From: Macrostomum lignano
Taxonomy: Eukaryota
Reading direction: 5' to 3'
Assembly (NCBI GenBank): GCA_002269645.1
Contig: NIVC01000599.1
Span: 1 to 64,000 of the forward strand
Length of the DNA stretch: 64,000 bases
Part shown: positions 35,018 to 47,817 of the stretch, one piece after another
Numbering within the stretch: position 1 is the stretch's first letter
How the letters are laid out: the number at the start of each line of letters is the position of its first letter
Position numbers and translations under genes: made by a program
Notes under the pieces: model-generated
Database searches by the model: none
What the model was told of the DNA's origin: nothing
Seen by the model: the letters and a program-made list of their open reading frames with translations, nothing else

Positions 35018-35790
35018 CCCATCTCTCTTCTCCTCTCTACTCTCTCCCCTCTTCATTCTCCTGTTTCCTCTTCTCTCTCCTCTGTTCTCTCCACTCTCCC
35101 ATCTCTCGTCTGTTCATCTGCTCTCTCATCTGTCATCTTTACTCTCTTATACGTTCTCTCACTTATCTCCTCTGTACTCTTCTCTTTCACCTCTTCTCAC
35201 TCCTCTCTTTCCTTACTCCTCTCTTCTTTTCTTTTCCCTTTCTATACTCTCTCTCCTCTATTATCTTCTCTCGTCTCTCTGCACTCTCCTCTCACATTTT
35301 TCATCTCTCATCTCTTCTTTGATCTGTCTCATCTCTACAATCTCATCTCTTTCCTCTCTCCTCCTCTTCCTTTTACTCTCTCATCTCTCCTTTCTCCCCT
35401 CTTCTTACACCCCTCTCTTATCTCTATCTCTTCTCTTCTCACCCCTTCTCTCCCCCTCTTATCTCCTCTCTTTTCTATCCTTTCTACTCTCTCCTCTCTA
35501 ATCTCTCATCTCCTCTTGACCCTCTGTCATCTTCTTTCTGCTCTCTCATCTCTCATCTCTTCTCACTCTTCTCTACTCTCCTCTCATCGATCCTCTGTCT
35601 CATCTCTCCCCTCTTCTCACATTTACTCTTTCCTCTCCCTCCTTTCTCCCCTCCTCTCGCTTCTTCCTCCCTTCTTCTCTGCTCTCTCCTCACCACTTGT
35701 CTCTCCTCTTATCTTCCATGTTTTCTCTTATCCCCCTCTCGCCTCTCCTCTCTTCTAATAGTCTATTCCTTCTCCTTTCCACTCTCATCT
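34280..35790. repeat. 1.5-kb polypyrimidine (CT-rich) low-complexity tract including a pure (CT)n run at ~34958-35012
   Basis: Almost exclusively C/T on the + strand. Confidence 0.92.
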
Positions 35791-36479
35791 GGCCCGCACA
35801 TAAGCTGGATTCTTTATCTGGCTTTTAAAGTAAAAGTCTGCCCATTCCTGCTTGGAAAGCCAGTTTGTGGGACGTAGTAGTACTCTCATGGCTGTTCTCA
35901 TGCTTTGATCACGTCATTTTTCTTGCCAATTTGCAGCCCTGAAAGGAATTTGTGTATTTTCAGCTCCACTGCAGTCTGCATCAGTCTAACAACCAAGGAA
36001 AAAAGCATTTCTTAGGACATTTAAAATTTAAAGTACTTTTAAGAGAAACCTAAAATTTCCATGGTGTGACTAATTTAGTAGGGTTGCATTGCATCGCATC
36101 GCCTTTTCATAAATCTTTCGCTTTCACAAACCATGCTGGATAGTGGATTCCCTCGATTAGCCAATTGCCAATTGCCATCCACTGTTAAACTGCTGCAGAG
36201 TTTGCCAATACAGAGGGGAGGGCAGTGGTTAGAATTTCTCACTAAACTGTCATGGCTAAACGTAGCCTCTCCACTCTCGGGGTGCAGAGAAGGCTATAAA
36301 TAAAGTTATTCCAAAACACTGTACATTTGCTATGTACATTCAGTCCTATCGCCTGACCCTTCGTCTGGCTCTGGGGGAATGAGTGAGTGAGTGGCACAAA
36401 CAACAGAAAAAGCAGACAAACTTCACATGCTTACAGTTTCTTTTTCGGTTGAGTTAAAGAGTTGAAACTTTACATTTAG

Positions 36480-36970
36480 ACAGAGAATGGGTCAATCAAG
36501 AATTGTATCAAGTTTGAAGTCAATCGCTTTACGTGGAGCAAACTTATGGCAGCTGAAAGTTAGTCAATTTTGAAACCCTTTTACACATCTGGGCCCAGAT
36601 TGGGAAAGAGAGGCAGGCGGGTGGAGGTTGGGGTGGCTGTCTCGCTGAAAAAAGCAGACTAACTTTAGAAGTCAACAGCGCCGTTCGGGATTAACTTTGA
36701 AACTCGAAATTTTACACGATTGTGTCACAATAGTTGAAGATTGATTGTGTCAAATTTGAAGAGAATCGGTAAAAGTGGAACGGCGCTATGGAGGATTAAG
36801 TGAGAAAATCGCGCATTTTGAGAAGTTTTTTGTACTTTTAGGTAGGAAGACTTGAGTCTAGGAAATTAAAAGGTAGCCTAAGACATTTTCCGTAGTAAGT
36901 TCAGGGTGGGTGTAAAGTTTGGTGTAATTTGGTTGAGCGGTTTGGGAGTCCATAGCGAAGTAATTTGTCC

Positions 36971-37011
<41 letters not shown>

Positions 37012-37035
37012 GTTTTGATTTTTATAGGTAGAGAT
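36480..37035 (+). mobile_element. Possible Helentron/DINE-like non-autonomous element ending in (GACA)n ... ATAGGTAGAGAT
   Basis: (GACA)n at ~36972-37010 followed by TTTTATAGGTAGAGAT. The layout resembles Helitron-associated interspersed elements; the family assignment is inference only. Confidence 0.35.
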
Positions 37036-37568
37036 TTGTATCCTTGACTTTCAGTTTAGTTATTTTTATATTATCCTTGGTTTTTACTTGAACGAACCAC
37101 GAACGAATGTAGCATCCAAATATTTAGTATATGATCGAATGACTTCGGATGAAATGAAATCACCTTATTAAGTAAAATTAAGATTTATTAGTATATTAAT
37201 AAGTAAAAATCACAGATTTATACACTTTAAGTTCCGTTCATATACATACAAGCGTGCAATCATCAATTTGCATTTATACTTTTATAGCTTAGCTTTTATA
37301 CAATACGTAGCTTTTATATAATACTACGTGTACCTGGAATAAAATTTAGTGGCTATGAGTTGAATATTGAACCTTTTAGATATCAATAAAGCTAAAGTTT
37401 TATAGACAAATTTCTTAACAGCTAATGCATTAATTTGTAAAAAAACGACATAAATTGTGTTTAAAAAACATTGAGTTGTTAGTGAATTAAAATTTAATAA
37501 AACTTTTGTTTAACTACATTGATGCCAGTGATGCCAGTGCCAGCTTTTATACAGACCCCCCACCCGAC

Positions 37569-37832
37569 TAGGGATTGCAATCCCGGGATCCCGCATGTAT
37601 TGTATGTATTGTATAATTTGTATTGTATCACGATTCGAGAATCGAGAGTCACGTCACGATCACGACGCGCTCGAATGTTACCTGTGTAATGTATTTAAAA
37701 TACGAACATTTTGATATTTCCAGAAATTTCCTGGATATCACCCACTTTATCAAAAAAGTTTCCAATCCCGGGATCCCGGACACTTTTTGGTCTGAAGGAA
37801 TCCCGGGATTAGGGGCTCGGGATCCTAAATTG
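37569..37832. mobile_element. Probable hAT-like MITE remnant with repeated ATCCCGGGAT palindromes
   Basis: Begins TAGGGATTGCAATCCCGGGATCCCG; ATCCCGGGAT occurs three times; ends GGGATCCTA. Confidence 0.35.
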
Positions 37833-38939
37833 GTAGGATAGCCAGGCCTAGTGTTACAACAAAAAAGTTGATTTAATAGGCTACAATAGCATAGTCTGGA
37901 TCATGCTAAATACAAAAACCCCTACCTAAACAAAAACTAAATAATTATAGGCCTAAATGCATGCCAAAAAGATTTGAGTACATACCAAAACTCTCAAATC
38001 TAGGCCAGCTTTATGATAAAAAATGATGTTTTTGTGTGATAATAAATGATCATTTTTGTGTTGCATAAAAGACCCTTTTTGGCCAATACTTTGGTTGATT
38101 TTTTTTCATTTATAAATAGGCCTACTAATTGCAATATAAAATTTATATATACAAAAATTGTTTAAATGCTTTAATTAGGCCTATAAATTAAAAAAACAGT
38201 AAGCATGAAGTTTATGCTTATAGATGAACTTTTCTTTATTTTTTAACTTTAATACCAACTTTTTTGCATGATTTTAGAAAATTGCACTCTAGTCTAGGTA
38301 TGTATACACACAAATTTTAGGAGTAATTCATGCCAACTTTGCATGCCTAACTTTAGGGATGCAAGGCCAATATATACCTAATTTTTGGCATATATTATAT
38401 GATCTATAGTGTGATGTATAACTAGAAAAAATGATTAAACTTGGATAATAGGCAGTTGCACCTTGATCTCTTTAGGTAGACTTTAAAAAATCTAGCTAGG
38501 CCTAGGCCCTACCACAATCTTATTCCTTATATATATAGTATGAAATAGGTCCTTATCTAGTATTTAAGTCTTTAACTTAAAAGCTTCTTTGCATTTAAAG
38601 TAAAATCTTCTTAACATTAGTCTTCTCTAGTTATAAAGTAGGCCCTAGGCTAGGTATGAAAAATATCTATAACTATTGACTAAATTCATATTCTGTCTAA
38701 CTTCCCATAGCTATATTTATAGCTATAGTAAAAGATGCCACTTTTGATATGAACATTTTATTAAAAGGACTAAATAAATAGCAATTATATATATAATGTT
38801 ATATAAGATGTACAAGATCACTAATTTGCTAACCTTTTTTATAGTCAGGGAGAGATAAGTAAATATCAAAAATGACATGTAGAAAAGTAATTCTATGGCT
38901 TTTTGTCCTATTTCAATTATTGCAACTAAGGGGGCCATA

Positions 38940-39130
38940 GGCCATAGCCCAGTGGTAGCGCAGCTGCTCTGGTGTGCTAGCAACCCAGGCTCAATTCCAA
39001 GTGCAGTCACATTAATTTGGGGCTGAATTGGAATCTCGGCTTGGCTCTGCTCATGCAATTAATGGCCTTGAGAGCCAACCCCCCAAGGTGCAGTGAAGTG
39101 TACATGCCTAGGCCCTAATAATAATAATAA
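38940..39130 (+). mobile_element. tRNA-derived SINE-like element with (TAA)n tail
   Basis: A-box-like TAGCCCAGTGG, degenerate B-box GGCTCAATTCC, 3' TAATAATAATAATAAG. Confidence 0.5.
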
Positions 39131-39594
39131 GAATGATAATGATAAAGTTAGGGCTGCTGTACACTTCTGTATGAGTGTGTGCCTGCATATGTATCCGCGT
39201 GCTTGTATGCCTACTCAGGGGAGTTGGCAGAATGGGCAGTAATGCCTCTCGCCAATTGTGTAGAGATGTTCCGAAATTTCGATTTCGATTTCGATTTTCC
39301 GAAATTCGGATTTTTTTATGTGAGGGTTCCCCGACAGATATTCGCGACAGATATTTTCTCCTTCAATCGGATAATTCAAACAAAAAATGAATTTATGTTT
39401 CGGGATGCATTACTTACTCTGATGCCGTATTCAGCTTTAAAATTTTGTAGACAAAAATTTTATGTCTTAAAGAAAAAAATATTAGTACGAATACAAAGTG
39501 TGTCAAAACGAATTTTATCACACATTCCTTACAAAAAAATTCTCACGCCAAAGAACTTATGAAGTAACGGTAGCAATGAATTTTTTGTCAGTTT

Positions 39595-40421
39595 CTGACG
39601 CATGTCTCAACTTTGCAATGACACCTTAGACACATGTCCTACTTTTGTATTTCCTGGGATATCTGCTTCCAAAGTGTGCTTTCCGTGAGTCATTCATCAT
39701 CCGTACCAAGACCAACCAAAACTTTGACTTATCGCTCCGTCTCTATGCTTCAATCATTTGCTCTGAAACTTCTACCACTTCTTGACGCATGTCTCAGCTT
39801 TGCAGTGACACCTTAGACACATGTCCTACTTTTGTATTTCCCGGGATATCTGCTTCCAAAGTGTGCTTTCCGTGAGTCATTCATCATCCGTACCAAGACC
39901 AACCAAAACTTTGACTTATCGCTCCGTCTCTATGCTTCAATCATTTGCTCTGAAACTTCTACCACTTCTTGACGCATGTCTCAGCTTTGCAGTGACACCT
40001 TAGACACATGTCCTACTTTTGTATTTCCCGGGATATCTGCTTCCAAACTGTGCTTTCCGTGAGTCATTCATCATCCGTACCAAGACCAACCAAAACTTTG
40101 ACTTATCGCTCCGTCTCTATGCTTCAATCATTTGCTCTGAAACTTCTACCACTTCTTGACGCATGTCTCAGCTTTGCAGTGACACCTTAGACACATGTCC
40201 TACTTTTGTATTTCCCGGGATATCTGCTTCCAAAGTGTGCTTTCCGTGAGTCATTCATCATCCGTACCAAGACCAACCAAAACTTTGACTTATCGCTCCG
40301 TCTCTATGCTTCAATCATTTGCTCTGAAACTTCTACCACTTCTTGACGCATGTCTCAGCTTTGCAGTGACACCTTAGACACATGTCTGACTTTTGTATTT
40401 CCCGGGATATCTGCTTCCAAA
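39595..40421 (+). repeat. 187-bp tandem repeat, ~4.4 copies (left arm)
   Basis: Units start at 39634, 39821, 40008, 40195 and 40382 (partial). Confidence 0.97.
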
Positions 40422-40573
40422 TTGTGCGTTCCGTGGGTTATGTCTATATATCTCTCGCTGCGTCTTTTGCTCAAGCATACTACGAGTCTACGAGACACGC
40501 GATCAAACACATGATTGGTTTGCGTATTTCTCGAGATATTTTTTGAGCTCTTTGGTTTCAAAATGACACCTTT

Positions 40574-43377
40574 CCCAATCAAAAAGAAGTTGTCTTAAGA
40601 CGTCTTAGAATAGTCTTAAGATGGCTAAAGACACCTCAAGACAATTTCAAGATATCTTCCACTTTGCTTCCACAAGCTATCCTGATTAAGTTGTCTTGAA
40701 GATGACTTGAAATTGACTTTTATGAGATGTCTTGTTGAAGACATCTTTAAGACATCACCTTAAAGACTAAAAATTTACATAAACAACTGTTTCTACTGTA
40801 AGTAGGAAGTTTCAGATACAAATTTATCTAGATCGTTAAAATCAATAAAAAATAAAACAAGCAACTATTGTGACATTTATCAAAAAATTTTGTTGTATTG
40901 TAGTCTGTGGAAGGTGTGCCTATTATTAAAAATCCTTTACGCTTTTGGAGTGCAATTATATGCAATTTTTTGTATTGAGTCGTTGCAAACTCTGAGACAA
41001 AGTTTAACTACAACAGTTTTGATTGGAGTAAATATATTTACAAAATTCTAAACAGCAAAGCATTAAAAAAGACTAAGTTGCAATATATATCGGTGATGCT
41101 TTTGTTAAAAACAGCTAAAATCAATATGGCGGAACGACATTTTTAAAAAGGACTAAAAGACAACCTTGTTCACCGTGAAGGCCGCCTAATTCTCGAACAC
41201 TTGCTTCTATCTTTTGTAATAAGTTTCAATTTTTCATTGGCTGCTATAGCCTATATAGATTTCTGGTGTAAGCCCTACCCTAGATTTATCTTTACTTAAT
41301 GCGATAATGTATTACTATTCGTAATTCGTGATGATACATCTACTATCCTCAAATTAAACCTTCCTAGTAGTATTTTTTACTAATTCTTCCTTGGATAGCT
41401 TCTAGGATTGTATTTCATATTCTAGTGCCAGGTGCCAGCAACAAACCCAGATTGGCCAGAAATGTTTTTATGCAATAGGCAATAGGGATGCTATGTAACA
41501 TCCTGACTTAAAAATTACAATTTTAAATTGGACCTTGGATGCAATGTTTTTTTAGTTAGGCCTACTGCATATCTATTGCTATGCCTAGCACTAGTAAGCA
41601 CTAGTTAACTAATGCATAGTCATGTGTACATTTTAAGTTAGGCCTTAAAAGATTCCGGCATTAACTAGAGGCCCATGTACTAGGCCTAAAACTAAAAATA
41701 TATGTTTTATTTACTTCTAGCTTTTTAAAGTCAAAGTTTTATAGTTGTTGAATTGGCTTATTAGGCTATTTTGTTCTGTTGTAGGCCTCTTAGCCTTAGA
41801 TAGGCCCTAGGCCTAGCTTCTTCCTTAAGCCTAAATAGTTTTTGTTTTGATTTTTATGTCAAAAGTAATAAATAATTTCCATGAGCCTAGGGTATAGCTA
41901 GGTTTATTTTTTATATGTAGAGTGTATATATGCACTTTTAATTTAAAATTGCACCCAGAAATTGAAAATTGCAATTTAAGGACAGTCTTATAACCTGATT
42001 TTCTGTTAAACTTGAAGCCACATTTGCATTGCCCTAAATGGCTAAAATAAGAAAAATAAAAAATTGCACTTTGAGCCTTAAAATTACACTATAAAAATGA
42101 GTATAGAGTGCACTTTTGTACCTTGTCTCTGGCAAAAAAAGAAAACCTTGGCCTATAGGCCTTTATATATTGCTTCCTCTTTGCCTTTATTATTGGCTAA
42201 TGGCATATATATGATGTTTTCAATATATCAATATTTTGAATATTAGGCCTAGTCATTAGTGCATTTTTCTTGGCTAGGCCAATGAAAATTTAAATAAAAA
42301 ATAGATATAGCCTTATAATTTATTATTAGGCCTATATCACATTCAAAAATTGGATTAGGCCTAATAGAGAATAAATAGAGTTGGTATGCCTAGAAGTTTT
42401 ATATAAAATTGATATTCTAATCTTTTTATTTTGCTTTGAGATTAGGCCCTAAGCTTTAGCCTATGTATTTAAGCCTAAGGCAAAGTTATTGTATAATACA
42501 CTTGTGTGAATATATAGTAGGGGCCTAGGCAATTTATTTATTAGATTTTTAATGTATATTAGTATAATAATCTATTATTTATTATTTTTTGTTTTTTTAC
42601 TTATGAATTTCAAATTATTTCAGCCTAACAACCTATAAACTATAACCTTTATTAAACTTATCCTTTTCAGCCTTATCAAAACATGCTATCCATCATAGTG
42701 GAAGCTAACCTGGATCTTGAATCTTCCTGGATTGAGCCAATTCTAAACTAGTAGTTGGCTAGCAAAGGATCAATTTACAGCAAGTTTTCCACCAAGCAAT
42801 GAGCAACTTGGTCATTATTGCATTAACCAAGTATTTCTATGCAATGACTGGGTATGATGCATTATAAAATTATACACTTGCACTTGAGTATTTTTGCATT
42901 TTTATTTAGTGTATTTTAACTTGTTTTTGATTCACCATTTTATTGCTTCTGTGACTTTTAAACTGTGCCTTTTATAAAATGAAAATATAAATCATAAATT
43001 ACATTGAACCATGTTTAGAAGCCTACTAAATAGCTTCTCTTTCATATCAATATTGCCTGAAACGAAACAAAAGAGTGCTGTAATATTTTTAGTCATTTTT
43101 CTTTTAAACAACTGTGATTGCAATGGCAACAGCATTTCTTAAATGATCTTGGGCAAGATGTCTTCTGCAAGTCATCTGGAAGATGTCTTTAAGTAGATTT
43201 TAAGATGTCTTGAAGATGTCTGAAGACGTCTTCAAGTTATCTCTAAGTTGTCTACAAGTGTTGCAAGGAGCCAATTTTTAGACCGAATTAAGTCAATTGT
43301 AAGATGTCTTGAAGACATCTTTCTGTCTTATGCAAGACATCTTTAAGACATAATTAAGCCAACTTTTTTTGATCGGG
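40574..43377. mobile_element. 2.8-kb non-autonomous CCC-ended element with 2-bp TT TSD (CMC/EnSpm-like)
   Basis: CCCAATCAAAAAGAAGTT / AACTTTTTTTGATCGGG (16/18 complementary); TT both sides; dense subterminal GTCTT/AAGAC motifs at both ends; AT-rich interior with no long ORF. Confidence 0.75.
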
Positions 43378-44216
43378 TTAGATAGAGTCAGCTAGCTTTT
43401 GTGTTATTCCTGAACAATGTCTGTTTCTTGGCGAATCCGGTGGCGAAAAGTATATTGTCGACATAAGTTTTTTGTAAAGTATTACAAGCAGTTTCTCGAA
43501 ACAAAAAACAATAACTCATTAAGAACAACTGTATTTGTGTAAATGTCTTGTACTATGTATAGATTATTGCAGTTACTATCGTAGTTGAGGGGAAAGAACA
43601 AATGGTCGTATGAATAAAGTGAGTAGTTGCTCAAACTCGGCGAGATTCTCAAATCAGTATGAATAAAATGAGTGCGTCCTCCTGAGCAAGTGCTCAAAAT
43701 CAATTTCCCAAGAGTTACATGTAGTGCTCTCCCCGTGAGCAAATGCTCGGTGACTGAGTAGAGACTCGCTTCAGTATGAATAAACTCTGGTCATAAACGA
43801 TTGCAATTTGTCTTGAGATCTTGCTCAGCAAAAGTTGAGTCTCCTCTGTAGTAGACTCACTGGTTGAGCAGCATCCAGCCATGTCCCTAAGCGGCAAATA
43901 GCGTCTATGTCCCTACGCTATTGAACTCAAATTTATAGGCAACCCATAGGCTTTTTCGCACAAGTAACGAAAACCAGCGGTCGCACTTTACCTGTTACCG
44001 CCATACAAAAGTGGCCTATCTAGGGAATATAAGATCTATGATTCATATGAACATTGAGCAACTGCTCCAGATCAGAGCAGTTGCTCGAGTTCGAGCTTTT
44101 GCTCAATCTCAGAGTTTGAGGTGAAACTCGCCAGTTATTGCTCACTGTAGTCATACGGCCAAAATAAAGCTAGGAAATTTTAGGAAATGTAACTTTCATA
44201 TAAACAAACATAACCG

Positions 44217-47187
44217 TCAGCTGTCTAAATTAATGCATGTGACACACACCTTGTTGTTCTGGTCTTGTTGTCGAGTCCAGCAAGATTTGTGAAACCAGAA
44301 GAGGCACGATGGGCACTCGATCTGCAGATTTTATGCGGTATAGCTATGCCTCATACGCTCGTATATACTTACATGAATTACCTTAGTGCGTCCAAAAAGT
44401 TCTTAGACACCCCTCCTATCTCTGCACATGTTCAATCGATTTTTATAAAAATTGACAAAAACATGTACCTATATGTAATGAATTCAGTGCTAAAGTTTCA
44501 GCTTAATCGGGTTGACATAGCAAAAGAAATTGATCGTTTCTAAGGTACACTAAGGTGTTAATTTTCAACGTAACTTACCCACTCAATTGTACTCGTAGAA
44601 CGATTTCGACCCCGCGGCCGGGGTTCTTCTAAATGGCAACCGTGGCATGTGTTTTGCTCTGATTTTTCGTCAAAATTGGTTATTGCTGTCTTTATAATGC
44701 CTCGAGCAACGGACAGCTTTGGCTGCACATTAGGTATAATAGTGCACCTACCAAGCAATAAATTTCTTCCAAAGAGCGAAACAAAAACGCCGCAGGAGTC
44801 GGAGTCTATTTGCTGCGTGCAAATCCGATGGGAAACTGCGAAGCATTCCCTCTGGGAGTTTTCAATGAGTGGGCCAAGACATTCGTCGACATCTGACAAT
44901 AGGAGTAGCGCGCTGAAACCGTAAAACGAATTTTATAGATGCAGAGATTTGCATAAGGTGTAATAAAATAATTTTAGGCTTGGTACATTCCTTACTTCCA
45001 CTTTCTTGCTATTTCCTCCACTTCATTCTTTCTTCTTCCGCCAGTGCGCCTCATCGAGTCCAGTGAGTAGATTTTTTTCTCATCAAGAAGGATTGCTACG
45101 AGCCAAAAATGGCTCGGCGACAACATTGGAATCAGAATTTTTGTTATTTTCTAATTGTTGGATAGTGGTAAGAACAAAATGGATTGTATCGTTTCTTTAA
45201 TAATTAATATACGAGTAATTTGTATTTGCAATTGTACTTACGCTTCTTCCTGTCGCGTAGTTCTGCAAGGCTTCTTTTGTCGGAAGCAGAAGATTGTTTG
45301 GGTTGTCAATGACTGCATAAAAGTCGCTTTGCTTCATGACAACAGCGTCTTCGATTCCGCTAGCCACCGCAGCCAAATAGCCGTATACAACCTAATATGT
45401 TACAGCATACGTGTATGGTTACAAGAATGTGAAACGTACTTAGGGAATTTACTCAGATTACACAAAATTACGCTCACGGAGTAATCCAACCAACTAGATC
45501 CATCAAGAGTTGCTAGTTGATCATAAGTTACTATTGTGCCGTGAATATCTCGGAGAGTGACAAAATTAGGCTCCGGCTGTGTCGACTGCTGATTCTGAAA
45601 CTGTTGCTGCTGCCGTTCTGTCTGCTGCTGTTGCTGTTGTGGGGGCTGGTCATGTTGCTGTTTCTGAGACTGTTGCTGCTGCCGTTCTGTCTGCTGCTGT
45701 TGCTGTTGTGGGGGCTGGTCATGTTGCTGATTCTGAGACTGTTGCTGCTGCCGTTCTGTCTGCTGCTGTTGCTGTTGTGGGGGCTGGTCATGTTGCTGAT
45801 TCTGAGAGTGATAAATTATTTTTACAAAGTTCCTCGTTGTATACTTCGCTCGTCTTCTATCCCACTGCTCCTGCGCTCCTTCTGGAGTCATGGAATCGTG
45901 CTTTCTCTTTCGAGGGCAGAAAAATGGTCGAGACTTCGTTTTGTGGGCGATGTTTGCTTCTTTGATTCTGTCATGAATGAATTCTGCGTTGGATTTACAA
46001 AACATTGCGGGCGAAAGAGGCAGTTCCAGAGTTGATTTTATTTGTTTGATTATGGAAGCTAGGTAATTTAATTGCTCAGCAGAGTACATTACAACTCGAA
46101 GTGGCTCGCAGCATCTTTCTCTCACAATTCCAGGCAAATATGGGTGTGAGTAATCACGTTTCAGTCCTTCCTGCATGCGAATCAATTCTATAAAAACATC
46201 TTTGTGCAGTTTCTCCTTCCTCCGAGAGCTTTTCAATACCCTTTTAAGGACATTTCTTGATTTGCAGGAGTCAAAATTCATCGCGAGAACATGCATCATA
46301 TGTTTCTTTTCAAGCATGAGTTTCCGATGGGCTTCTGTAACACCTTTGCAAGAGTCGATTTTCCTTTTTAACAAAATTTCTTCTGCTTGAGTCGTTCTCC
46401 TAAACGTTGGCGATTCAGCTTCTTTGTGGTTATAAGTTCCCTCTGCATAAACCTTCCAAACCCATCTTTCTGAACACGTGGGTTGTTCTTTCATAATAAA
46501 AGTAAATTTGCGAAGGCACCCTTTAATTTTACACGCAGCCTTAACGGTCCAAAAATTGCTTTCCGCCTTCCGAGATCGAAGAGATTTAACGTGACAGTAA
46601 CCTCTCATGCGTAGACAGCAAGTCGAGATTCTACGCAGTGCTTTACAGAGGGCTTCGTTTAGGTTGGATTTCGAAAAGGAAAATTTACGCGTATTTTCTA
46701 GCTGCTTGAGGTCAACGGCTTTAATTTCTGCGGGTTCAAAATATATTTCTTGGGTATCTGTTTCTTGATCCAAAACTAAAAGGCTCTCTTTAGGAGGTGG
46801 TGTCTGGTGTCTCGACTCGTGCATATTATCTTCTTCTTCAATGCAAACTACCGTCCCAGAGCCTCCAGTTGAGGATGATGAGTTTTCAGTATCTGATGGA
46901 GCCCCTGACGACTGTAAGGGTACATGTACATGTACTGGTGTTGGAGGTGAACTGGGTGGACTGGGTGCTTGATTGGAATCCCGTCGAATCCAATTCCACA
47001 TAAGCAATCGATTGCGAACTGTGTTGCGTAGATTGAGTCTCGCTGACAATAATAAATAAATTGCTCCTGGCGAACGATAGTCTGTTGGAATGCCATGTTT
47101 TTTAACAGCCTCCAAAACGGCGGAACTAATCTGGAAAGTAACCAACAAACGCACAGAATAAAATGCGCGTTTCTTTAAGTCTACCAT
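44217..47187 (-). CDS. Transposon-encoded 817-aa protein: transposase-like N-terminal region + Q-rich repeat + Ulp1/SENP (C48) protease + PHD finger; exons 47187-45478, 45391-45242, 45150-44996, 44912-44579, 44321-44217
   Basis: All four introns are GT-AG and phases are consistent (2454 nt total). QLATLDGSSWLDYS|VVYGYL, PSHFWLV, IYSLDSM, QQIDSDSCGVFV (His/Asp/Gln/Cys). CHGC...EW|IECPSC..WFHKSC...CVTC is C4HC3. Confidence 0.82.
45590..45805 (-). repeat. Three 69-bp coding repeats (SQNQQHDQPPQQQQQQTERQQQQ)
   Basis: In frame within exon 1 of the transposon gene. Confidence 0.9.
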
Positions 47188-47817
47188 CGATCCTACATGT
47201 GGTAGACGTAGAGGCTACCCATACGGCAGTCAGCAACACGATATGTTATTTAACTTACCTCTTTCTTCGATGGGTAACAAGAACACGCAATAAACAATGT
47301 AAAAAGCAAGACTATAAGCTTCATACTGAAGTAGAGAATATATACTATTTTCCAATAATTAGTTTTTATAAATTCACCACATTTACGCAGACATTGACAA
47401 ACCAAAAAGGACAGAATTTTTTTGACAAGCGCGTGAACGATTCTGAAATTGAAAAACTTGACATTAACTTTGCATCCATATCCAAAGATCCACAAAATAC
47501 TGCTGCTGAATTTGCTATAAGAGGTGTGTACAGTTTCTTGCATTCCTAGAGTAATTTGCTTAAACGAGGACAGTTGGAATGTACAGCAACTTCTGTGTAC
47601 AGTTGTCAGTTGCAGAGAAACAAACAGCATTGATTATAGGAATAGCGCAAATTAGATGAGTGATGACTCAACATACTTAAGGTACCGATCAATGATAGCT
47701 AAAAAGTGCATTAGGAATTGACAAAACTTGCCAGTTGCAAAAATAAAGCATTAAAGACGTAGTATGAAGTCAAAGCCAGCAGACAATTGTTCTGACTGAA
47801 ACTGCAAAGTGCATAGA

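Larger units (their letters stand above)
32201..37558. mobile_element. 5.36-kb non-autonomous TIR element, Mutator-like (GGG ends, ~10-bp TSD)
   Basis: Ends GGGTCTGTATAAAAGCTGGCA / TGCCAGCTTTTATACAGACCC with subterminal CACTGGCAT repeats; flanks CCCACCCAAC (32191-200) and CCCACCCGAC (37559-68), 9/10 identical. No transposase ORF seen. Confidence 0.7.

Noticed and set aside
34147-35758. Long Leu/Ser/Phe-rich ORFs
   Set aside because: Artefacts of a C/T-only tract that cannot contain stop codons.
47163-47630. Two ~127-aa ORFs upstream of the transposon gene
   Set aside because: Overlapping on opposite strands with no motifs; an upstream exon is possible but cannot be supported.
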